NCBI GenBank assembly: GCA_965216465.1
Contig: CBDCFW010000003.1
Location: 32,001 to 96,000 of the forward strand
Direction: 5' to 3'
DNA length: 64,000 nucleotides
Origin: Bacteroidia bacterium
GTDB lineage: Bacteria; Bacteroidota; Bacteroidia; NS11-12g; UBA9320
Part shown: positions 10,687-18,059 of the stretch, piece after piece
How the letters are laid out: every line of letters begins with the position of its first letter
Numbering within the stretch: position 1 is the stretch's first letter
Made by a program: the position numbers and the translations under genes
The notes under the pieces: model-generated
Databases searched by the model: none
The model's input: only the letters and a program-made list of their open reading frames with translations
Told to the model about the DNA's origin: nothing

Positions 10687-10721
10687 ACACTGCGAACTAA
10701 GCTAAGAACGAACGCTTAATT

Positions 10722-10739
10722 TGTAGTAAATCATTGATT
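10722..10739 (-). promoter_or_regulatory. Repeated box copy 1 (AATCAATGATTTACTACA)
   Basis: Upstream of -7-like TTAGTTCG (10700-10693) at the shared spacing. Confidence 0.75.
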
Positions 10740-10759
10740 TTTATGAAGTAGAACTTTTT

Positions 10760-10872
10760 ATGTCTGATTGTAGATGTGAAGTTGAGAAGCTAGCCTTCGA
10801 GATCATAACTCCCTTACGTTAGAATGTTCGGCTAGCCCCCAACATCGTACTAATAACTACTATACTTAATGT
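10760..10872 (-). ncRNA. Candidate sRNA-2 (hairpin RNA; ends approximate)
   Basis: Stem GUUGGGGGCUAGCC (10843-10830) / GGCUAGCUUCUCAAC (10795-10781) with G-U pairs on the minus strand; upstream box and -7-like GACATTTG. Confidence 0.55.
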
Positions 10873-10906
10873 ATCTTCAAATGTCAGATTCTTGAATGAC
10901 TTAAAA

Positions 10907-10924
10907 TGTAGTAAATTGTTGATT
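10907..10924 (-). promoter_or_regulatory. Repeated box copy 2 (AATCAACAATTTACTACA)
   Basis: Upstream of -7-like GACATTTG (10885-10878) at the shared spacing. Confidence 0.75.
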
Positions 10925-10933
10925 ATTAGGCAT

Positions 10934-10963
10934 AAAAAAAGGCTTTGGAAGTCCAAAGCCTTT
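10934..10963 (-). terminator. Intrinsic terminator of the 541-aa/390-aa operon
   Basis: GGCTTTGGA/TCCAAAGCC stem with U7 tail on the minus strand, 20 nt after the stop at 10983. Confidence 0.85.
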
Positions 10964-10982
10964 AATTTCTTGTTGCGATCGT

Positions 10983-12155
10983 TTAATCTTGTTTAACAAA
11001 TGGCAACATTTGTGAAGCTTGACGCGGAACGTCAATCTTCAGGTAATACATTCCGTGACTCAAGTCGGAAGTGTTTACGGTATAGGTGTTTCCAGATTTT
11101 ATTTGCGTCTGTATATCAACAATCTTAACAGGTTGACCAAGTGTGTTTTGTATTGAAATGATAGGGTCGTGAACGAGCAATAAGTTAGAGGCGTCATTGA
11201 TTTTAAACTTAAGCTCATATGTTACTACAGTCGGGAAGACCTCAATTTGAACACCGTCAATTGTTCGGTCTAAAATTGCAATACGATGGTATTCATGGCT
11301 TTCGTCAAAGTCAACTTGTTTCAAGCGATAGAATACTTGATTGATGCCATGCAGGTTTTTGTCCTGAAAGCTATATTGAAGTATTTGATTTGAGTTACCG
11401 TTGGGTGCAGCACTCTTCACAACCCCAATTTTCTCAAAAAATGTTCCATCTAAACTCCGTTCAACTTCAAAGTGTTGGTTGTTGATTTCAGTAGCTGTTG
11501 ACCAATAAACCAGAGCCTCAGTTTCTGAGGTCCACCTAGCATCAAAGCTTAAAAGTTTAACTGGCAATGGAATCGTGTCTGAAGACTGCGTTAAATTGTA
11601 CGACGTAAATATTGTTGAAGGATTAGGTCTCATGGTTATGTTGGGTATAAAACCATTAACGGTCATGGTGCTGTCAAATCCTGTTGGTCCAACTCCGTTA
11701 ACGGCTTGAAGCATTCTAACAGTGGCTCCAGCAGTTGGATTCGAAAACTTTAATTTGTATATCGTATCAATGGTACCTGCGGTGGAAACATTTCCAAAAT
11801 CCGTTGGTCCGTTAATGGTATAATCGATAAATGCCAAATTATCCGGATTAGATCCCATCCCACCAGCTACAGTGGCTGCATCAAATGAATTACCTAAGTT
11901 CCATGTTCCTTGCACATCGGTTTTAGTTATTGTGCCTAAATCTTCGTCGTACCACAACGATATTCTTGAATTATTGGTAACTCTCATCCCTGTTGCTGCT
12001 GGGTTTGCTGGCCATTCAAGGTAAACAGCAACTTCATCAAAGTTAGTGCCTATTGGAACCATTTTGACTTCTGGAGCTTGGGAATAAACTCTTGATCCAG
12101 CTAGGCATAAAAGGCTCATAAAAACGATTTTACTTATTCTCATTTTAATTTTCAT
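10983..12155 (-). CDS. T9SS type A cargo protein with N-terminal beta-sandwich (possibly cohesin-like)
   Basis: Signal peptide; LPVKLLSF...WSTATEINN...FEVERS...YRLKQVDFD Ig-like domain; FPT...GMYYLKI CTD. Confidence 0.85.
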   Translation of the reverse strand: MKIKMRISKIVFMSLLCLAGSRVYSQAPEVKMVPIGTNFDEVAVYLEWPANPAATGMRVTNNSRISLWYDEDLGTITKTDVQGTWNLGNSFDAATVAGGMGSNPDNLAFIDYTINGPTDFGNVSTAGTIDTIYKLKFSNPTAGATVRMLQAVNGVGPTGFDSTMTVNGFIPNITMRPNPSTIFTSYNLTQSSDTIPLPVKLLSFDARWTSETEALVYWSTATEINNQHFEVERSLDGTFFEKIGVVKSAAPNGNSNQILQYSFQDKNLHGINQVFYRLKQVDFDESHEYHRIAILDRTIDGVQIEVFPTVVTYELKFKINDASNLLLVHDPIISIQNTLGQPVKIVDIQTQIKSGNTYTVNTSDLSHGMYYLKIDVPRQASQMLPFVKQD

Positions 12156-12183
12156 TTTGCGTGTTGATTTATATTTTGTTTGA

Positions 12184-13809
12184 TTATGGTAATTGTTGTG
12201 TTAAACCTGAAAAACCTTGTGAACCTCCAAAGAAGGTGTTTGAGGGATGACTTAAAATGACATTCAGAATCTCAGTGACATCATTATCTGTTCCTTCATA
12301 TTTTACATCTCCATCCATATTAATGTCGCTCATAGAATAGACTCCCGAATAATTAAACCCTTGAGATCCACCCAAAAATGTATTGCCAGGTGCTGCCAGA
12401 ACGATATTCAAGATTTCTGTAACGTCATTTCCGGAGCCTTCATAGAGTATAGATTCATCGTAGTTTACATCTCCAACCCACATGGCGTTTACGCCAGACT
12501 GACTTGCTGCAGCATTTGTACCAAATAGCGATACTGTACTGAAATCAAGTGATTTCCCTGACGATGTGAGTTGAATCGGATTTGCGGCCATTATACCAAA
12601 GTGGTTACGATGACGTACAGATACATAAACAGAATCGCTAACAGGACTCGAGAAACAAAGAGCACTGGTGCCGTCTGTGCTCACAATGTCTCCATCTCGC
12701 TGAATTAATGCCGACTGAGTTTCGAGAACTGTACTGCTGTTTGAAGTGTCTCGAAGTTCGATCATAACCCAATCTACTATAGCGTCGTTGCCAGTAACGC
12801 TCAATACGGTAGTTGTAGTTGTCTCACCACCACCATTTCCAGCATGAGAAAAGGCTGTGAGGGAAGTATAGGGCTCAGTAAGCGGAATTAAATTGTTGGA
12901 CCGCAGATGATCTGACATTGTAGTTCCAGAGCCGCTAATAAGTGCACCTTGCAAATAAGCCTTCGCCGATAAGCAAACATCTCCAATTTCTGCTAGGGCA
13001 TACACTTCAAAGGTGTTTGGAATAAGAGCAGCATCGGTAGAAATGGTTCCTGAATCTACAATTGATGAGCTTCCTGCAAAAGAAAGTGTACTCTGACCAG
13101 CAAGCATGGCTGTGGCATCTACTGTAGATTCAATTTGAACCCATTTTGATCCGTCCCAACCTACGATAGTTAAGTTTTGAATATTTCCTGAGGTAAAGGT
13201 GTTCATGTCGTCTGACAAGTTCCACGAAAGGGTAATTATTGCACTGTTTGAGCTGTTAATGTCCCAGTATCCTGAATTGTTCACACTTCCTATGCCGTCT
13301 TCAACACTGTCTGTATTAAATGTAGATCCTCCTGGTAGAGCTCCATAATCTATACCATCAATTCGGTCGGTTATGGCCATTGTTGGATCGGCATTGTAAT
13401 AAGCTACATTAGCATCTCCACCAACGCTGCTTAAGCCAACTGGATTATAAGTTCCATTATCTCCAACGGGAAAAACAAAGCCTCCTGTGTGATAACATCT
13501 AACATAGCCATCAACATGTGCGTTAGTATTTGCATTTTGCCATGATCCTGTGGTCGTAAAACTTAAGTAGCCAGGAACACTAGAATCTCGATCTGTTCCG
13601 ACAAGTCCAGAGTAGATGCCAGAGCCTGTTGTGAAGTTGTGTTCTCCAAAAATGGCCATTTCACCGCCTTTGGTAATATTAATTGAGGCAAAGGAGCCAG
13701 ATTGTCCAAATGTGCTTGTACTAACTAAGGTTAACACACAGACGGCCATCCCAGCTAGCAATTTTCTTATACCATAAAAATCGCTTAGTAGTTTGTTTGT
13801 TTCTTTCAT
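12184..13809 (-). CDS. Secreted protein with C-terminal dockerin-like duplicated Ca-binding domain
   Basis: Signal peptide; VDGYV...FPVGD...YWDI region; C-terminal GDVNYDESILYEGSGND and SDINMDGDVKYEGTDND repeats; no T9SS CTD. Confidence 0.75.
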   Translation of the reverse strand: MKETNKLLSDFYGIRKLLAGMAVCVLTLVSTSTFGQSGSFASINITKGGEMAIFGEHNFTTGSGIYSGLVGTDRDSSVPGYLSFTTTGSWQNANTNAHVDGYVRCYHTGGFVFPVGDNGTYNPVGLSSVGGDANVAYYNADPTMAITDRIDGIDYGALPGGSTFNTDSVEDGIGSVNNSGYWDINSSNSAIITLSWNLSDDMNTFTSGNIQNLTIVGWDGSKWVQIESTVDATAMLAGQSTLSFAGSSSIVDSGTISTDAALIPNTFEVYALAEIGDVCLSAKAYLQGALISGSGTTMSDHLRSNNLIPLTEPYTSLTAFSHAGNGGGETTTTTVLSVTGNDAIVDWVMIELRDTSNSSTVLETQSALIQRDGDIVSTDGTSALCFSSPVSDSVYVSVRHRNHFGIMAANPIQLTSSGKSLDFSTVSLFGTNAAASQSGVNAMWVGDVNYDESILYEGSGNDVTEILNIVLAAPGNTFLGGSQGFNYSGVYSMSDINMDGDVKYEGTDNDVTEILNVILSHPSNTFFGGSQGFSGLTQQLP

Positions 13810-13947
13810 TCAAATTGTATTTAATGTAGTTAATAAATAGTACTCTGATTTTCACAGCAATTGGTCGAACCTTATGCATTGTGGCCGAACCCAATTGGTC
13901 TCATCGAGTAATCAACGGCAAAAGTGTATCGCGAGAAACAGTCGATT

Positions 13948-13965
13948 TGTAGTAAATCGTTGATT
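13948..13965 (-). promoter_or_regulatory. Repeated box copy 3 (AATCAACGATTTACTACA)
   Basis: Upstream of -7-like CACTTTTG (13926-13919), ahead of the 541-aa gene. Confidence 0.78.
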
Positions 13966-14008
13966 TTGAAGAAAAGAGAAAAATTTTAAAATAAAAGCGG
14001 GTATGAGC

Positions 14009-14659
14009 TTAGTGAATTAGGTCGTTCTCGATTCCAAACAGGGTTAATTCTACCATATTGTTAACATTCAGCTTTTGAAATATGCGGTGACGATATGTGC
14101 CAATCGTAGAAGAATGGATGTTCAACTCATCTCCTACGTCTTTCGATGTATAACCATTGATGTAAAGTAACATAACCTCCATTTCTCGGGTGGTCAACTT
14201 GTCTAAAAGTTCATTACTTGTAGTTGAGATTGAAGATGACAATTTAGACACCAACTGTGTACAAACATATTTTCGACCTTCAAGAACTTCTCTTATGGCA
14301 TAAATAATATCCTCGAAAGGGGCATTTTTAGATATGTAACCCTTGGCTCCAGCTTTTATCAGTCGAATCGCAAAGGCCTCAGCAGGATACATTGACATTA
14401 TCAATACCTTTAAGTCGGGATAGGTCTCCAGAATTCTACTAATGCCTGTAATAGGGTTGCTATGCTCCATCTTTAGATCAGCCACCAACAAGTCATATTT
14501 TTTTTGGCTGAGCTTCTGCATGGTCTCTTCATAGCTACTTACGCCGTCAATTTTAGACATCGAATTGATGCTTCTAAGACGCTGAATGAGGCCTTGACGA
14601 ATTATTTCATGATCGTCAGCAATTAAAAAGTGTAGTGGTTGGTCCTGATCATTTAACAT
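14009..14659 (-). CDS. NarL/LuxR-family response regulator (UvrY/GacA-like)
   Basis: IADDHEIIRQG, ADLKM phospho-Asp, SMYP..FAIRLIKAGAKGYISK, LTTREMEV...TIGTYRHRIFQKL HTH. Confidence 0.92.
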   Translation of the reverse strand: MLNDQDQPLHFLIADDHEIIRQGLIQRLRSINSMSKIDGVSSYEETMQKLSQKKYDLLVADLKMEHSNPITGISRILETYPDLKVLIMSMYPAEAFAIRLIKAGAKGYISKNAPFEDIIYAIREVLEGRKYVCTQLVSKLSSSISTTSNELLDKLTTREMEVMLLYINGYTSKDVGDELNIHSSTIGTYRHRIFQKLNVNNMVELTLFGIENDLIH

Positions 14660-14710
14660 AAGTATAGACTAAATAATACTGCAAATTGAAGCCTATTATC
14701 TCAATTTTCT

Positions 14711-14728
14711 TGTAGTAAATCATTGAGA
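14711..14728 (-). promoter_or_regulatory. Repeated box copy 4 (TCTCAATGATTTACTACA)
   Basis: Upstream of -7-like TCAATTTG (14689-14682), ahead of the response regulator itself. Confidence 0.72.
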
Positions 14729-14779
14729 TTTAGGGGTTATATAGCAAATCATAACCTCAATTTAAGTGATTTGTTTGAA

Positions 14780-14797
14780 AATCAATAATTTACTACA
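14780..14797 (+). promoter_or_regulatory. Repeated box copy 5 (AATCAATAATTTACTACA)
   Basis: 24/26 identical to the reverse complement of the copy 3 region; upstream of -7-like CTTAATTG. Confidence 0.75.
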
Positions 14798-14843
14798 AAT
14801 CGATTGAGCGACTAAACCTTAATTGCGGTTAAAAGAAGTAGCC

Positions 14844-15077
14844 ATGCTTGAAACTAAGGAGATTAACTATAAGCCGGAGTCCTTGTCTTCAAAATCGATT
14901 GGTATTCAGTCCTATGCAGACCGTAGAGTCAAACTTAGCAGGCGTGTGAATCGGGATTATACCGTGCTTAGGATCATTTTCAAACCCAAGAATTTAATCC
15001 TCATTGTCGTATTTATGAATCTGGTCGTATTAGACACTTTAATTCAATCATTTAAACGAAAGAAGAAAACTAGATGA
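14844..15077 (+). CDS. Small hypothetical protein, one C-terminal TM segment plus basic tail
   Basis: ATG at 14844; LILIVVFMNLVVL then KRKKKTR; overlaps the next start. Confidence 0.45.
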   Translation: MLETKEINYKPESLSSKSIGIQSYADRRVKLSRRVNRDYTVLRIIFKPKNLILIVVFMNLVVLDTLIQSFKRKKKTR

Positions 15078-15346
15078 AAACTAATTCTACAGAAACTATA
15101 GATCAACGCAAATATTTGTATACCTCTTTGTTTCGAAGAAAACTGGTATGCGAATTTGTTCCATGGCAAACAGAATCTCAATTAACATTAGCTACACCAG
15201 ATGGTGAAGAAGTCTTGTCGCTAGCAATAGCATCAAATACACGCCGTATTGCGCTTGAATTGGATCAACTCAATCCTGGGTTTTATCGATTAAGCCTTGG
15301 AGTAGTAGGAGTTGCCACAATTTCGCAATCCGTAGTGCTTTTTTAA
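15074..15346 (+). CDS. Small protein resembling a stand-alone T9SS type A CTD
   Basis: LATPDGEEV...LELDQLNPGFYRLSL...SVVLF pattern; no signal peptide. Confidence 0.5.
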   Translation: MKTNSTETIDQRKYLYTSLFRRKLVCEFVPWQTESQLTLATPDGEEVLSLAIASNTRRIALELDQLNPGFYRLSLGVVGVATISQSVVLF

Positions 15347-15459
15347 TTTGCAGTTGATTTATATCTCATTTGAGATTTTCTATATGCTTCTTTAATAAAA
15401 ATTATAAGAATGAGCATCTAAATATATACAGATGCAAGGCTCAAACAGCAGAACTTTGT

Positions 15460-15610
15460 AATGAAAATTATAGCCTTAGCTTGGGGGCGGAAGAAGAAAT
15501 TATCAATGGGTTAATATGTTTCTCGTTCCCCCTAGTGAGCCCAGCATATGGATGTAAGTTCCTCAGATATTAACCATTGTATCATTGTAAGGTGACTGGG
15601 CTGTTTTTCA
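15460..15610 (+). ncRNA. Candidate structured RNA (two hairpins)
   Basis: CUUGGGGG (15480-15487) / CCCCCUAG (15528-15535) stem, then AGCCCAG/CUGGGCU stem followed by GUUUUU; -7-like GAACTTTG upstream. Confidence 0.35.
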
Positions 15611-15715
15611 ACCACATATATCAAATAATTGGCATTTTTTAACATCTTTTTTGATGTTTCTTTATATAGATTTGTATATACAATTAAATACAAAACTGTT
15701 ACAAATTTGACCTGT

Positions 15716-16024
15716 ATGTCATTCGATCCCAACCATAATCACTCAATCACATTAACGGAAGCCGGTAATATGACTGAGGCCTTTAGAGTATCCAATCCAA
15801 CAGAAAAGATTGGAGGCTTTTTTGGTAAGAAAGCAATTCAAGATATTTTGGACCAAACCGATTGTGTAGGTTTGAAATTTTACTTTGCACGAAATAATGG
15901 TGACCTTACTTTGGTTGTTTGTGGTGCCAAAGCCAATCAAGACGATCTATATAATGGAGAACTCGCCGAATTTTCTTACGTCGACCCACCTTACAGTAGC
16001 TCATCCAATCCGTTGAATAGCTAA
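15716..16024 (+). CDS. Small hypothetical protein (102 aa) heading a sensor module
   Basis: ATG at 15716, 6 nt after -7-like CAAATTTG; ITLTEA...FFGKKAIQDIL.Q..CVGLKFYF...LVVCG...DL...PPYS...NPLNS. Confidence 0.8.
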   Translation: MSFDPNHNHSITLTEAGNMTEAFRVSNPTEKIGGFFGKKAIQDILDQTDCVGLKFYFARNNGDLTLVVCGAKANQDDLYNGELAEFSYVDPPYSSSSNPLNS

Positions 16025-16027
16025 CCA

Positions 16028-16687
16028 ATGGAAGATTACTACTTGAGTGTTAGGATTATAACCTATAGCTTGTTGATCCTTGTTTCATTATTTCGATTGC
16101 TGCAAGAACGCACTCGAGTAGTAATCTTGATTTTGATTTATGCACAGATTTGTCTACTGACTGACTTTCTTGATGTTGTATACATTTCATCAAATCTTGA
16201 ATTGTATTCAATTTTTAATTTGTGTCGAATCTTAATTATCTATTTTTTAATATCTCCTCAATTTTCAAATAGACTTATTCTTTATCTTAGCTTCGGTTTT
16301 TTTGTACTCATTACGGGACTTGCATTTCTAGGAACGTATAATTTTGAGTTCCTAAATTCTCATACGATTTATACTTCGAACTATGGATTTTTAGATACTT
16401 ATGAAAATAACTTACTTCTGCTGATACAAACCGTGGTCGTATTGCCTCTGTTATTTTTTGCGGTATATAAAGCAATAGCAACACCCACTACAAAATCACA
16501 GGTAAGATATTATGCAACCTGCTTTGCTTTTATCTTATCTTATGCCGGAATGCTGTTTAGTACGATTTTAGGAAATTTTATAATTCTTGATTTTAAGCTT
16601 TTTATTGAAATTTCAACTTTGATACTATACACAGTCTTTTTACTTTCGAATGGATTTCTACTTGGGGGACTTTTATGGAAGAAATAA
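16028..16687 (+). CDS. Multi-pass (6-7 TM) membrane protein, probable sensor subunit
   Basis: Successive hydrophobic segments; overlaps the kinase start. Confidence 0.75.
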   Translation: MEDYYLSVRIITYSLLILVSLFRLLQERTRVVILILIYAQICLLTDFLDVVYISSNLELYSIFNLCRILIIYFLISPQFSNRLILYLSFGFFVLITGLAFLGTYNFEFLNSHTIYTSNYGFLDTYENNLLLLIQTVVVLPLLFFAVYKAIATPTTKSQVRYYATCFAFILSYAGMLFSTILGNFIILDFKLFIEISTLILYTVFLLSNGFLLGGLLWKK

Positions 16688-17421
16688 AACTGGCGGTTTA
16701 CTTGGGTTCGTTCTTGTTGCTGGCAATATTGCTAGTAACTGTGCTTATAATCCTTTTTGCTCAAAAAAAGAAACGAGAAGCCCTCCTCCAACTAAAAGAT
16801 AGTGAAATCGAACATCAAAAAGAGCTAGCCATCAACAATATCCAAGCTCATGAAGATGAACGTCAGCATATTGGCCAAGAATTGCACGACGATCTCGGGC
16901 AGCAGCTTGCATCTGTAAAAATGCAAATGGAATCTGGCGTAATCAGCAATGACCTATCAAAAGTGGAATTAGCGATGGATAACATGTCTCAAGCCATTTC
17001 TAAGGTGTCAAACATCTCCAGACTGCTTTATCCTGTAGTGCTTAAGAAGTTCGGCCTAGTAAAAGCTTTAGAGCATTTGACAGCCAATACAGAAGCAGAT
17101 ATTACGTTGGCCATCCACGACGAAATATCAAAAATTGAAGATTACAATATGCATTTGCATATCTATCGTATATATCAAGAACTAATTTCCAATAGTATAA
17201 AACATAGTAAGAGTACATCGATTCAAATGAAATTATCCAAAGAAAGCGAAGGATATTTGCTGAGCTATTCCGATGATGGAGTAGGGTTTGACTATGAAAA
17301 CTCAAACTATGGTCTTGGTTTGCACAATATAAAAATCAGAGTTGACAGCATCGGAGGTAATCTTGAAATTAAAACAGCCCCTGATGAAGGCTTTAACTGC
17401 ACAATAACATTTAATCCATGA
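16675..17421 (+). CDS. Sensor histidine kinase (HisKA_3 / NarX-like), single TM
   Basis: ERQHIGQELHDDLGQ, YRIYQELISNSIKHS, DDGVGF, GLGLHNI. Confidence 0.93.
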   Translation: MEEIKLAVYLGSFLLLAILLVTVLIILFAQKKKREALLQLKDSEIEHQKELAINNIQAHEDERQHIGQELHDDLGQQLASVKMQMESGVISNDLSKVELAMDNMSQAISKVSNISRLLYPVVLKKFGLVKALEHLTANTEADITLAIHDEISKIEDYNMHLHIYRIYQELISNSIKHSKSTSIQMKLSKESEGYLLSYSDDGVGFDYENSNYGLGLHNIKIRVDSIGGNLEIKTAPDEGFNCTITFNP

Positions 17422-18059
17422 ACACAACAACCATTTGTATAGCAGATGACCACGAAATAGTTAGAGAGGGATTTGTTACCCTACTGAATTCTTTTGATGA
17501 ATTAGAAGTGCTTTTTGATACTTCTAATGGACAAGAGTTGCTAGACCGGCTGAAAAACTCAGCCCTGCCTGATGTTATTTTACTTGATGTTGATATGCCC
17601 ATATTAGACGGCGTTGAGACCTTGAAGGCATTAAGGTCAGCCTATGGAGACAAAGTAAAGGTGCTTGGCTTATCGATGCACGAAGAATACTTTATTGTTC
17701 AAAATCTATTGGAACTTGGTGCGAATGGATTTATATCTAAATCTGCATCGGCCAAACAAGTAAAGAATGCAATTTTAACCGTAATGGAATATGATTTCTT
17801 TTTAAGTCCTCAAATGTCGAAGTCATTATTTGGAAGTAAGTTCAAAGACAGTGCAGGCTGTGCTGAACTTTCAAAAGTAGAAGAAGAAATAGTGGTGTTG
17901 ATTTGTAACCAATTGAATAACAAGCAAATAGCTGCAGAATTGAAGCTTTCTCCAAACACGGTAAATGCCTACCGAACCAAAATATTAGAAAAAACGGAAG
18001 CGACCAATGCCGCAGGACTAGTTGTTTACGCTATCCGTAATGGTCTCTTCAAGGTCTGA
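17418..18059 (+). CDS. NarL/LuxR-family response regulator
   Basis: IADDHEIVREG, LLDVDMP, C-terminal LuxR HTH; overlaps the kinase stop. Confidence 0.93.
   Translation: MNTTTICIADDHEIVREGFVTLLNSFDELEVLFDTSNGQELLDRLKNSALPDVILLDVDMPILDGVETLKALRSAYGDKVKVLGLSMHEEYFIVQNLLELGANGFISKSASAKQVKNAILTVMEYDFFLSPQMSKSLFGSKFKDSAGCAELSKVEEEIVVLICNQLNNKQIAAELKLSPNTVNAYRTKILEKTEATNAAGLVVYAIRNGLFKV

Noticed and set aside
15461-15514. 17-codon ORF (MKIIALAWGRKKKLSMG) and a 10-nt complementarity to the 25553 gene start
   Set aside because: Too short and AT-rich to distinguish from chance
16028-16687. Possible microbial rhodopsin (about 7 TM)
   Set aside because: No retinal-binding Lys motif in the last helix and no RYxDW-like motif
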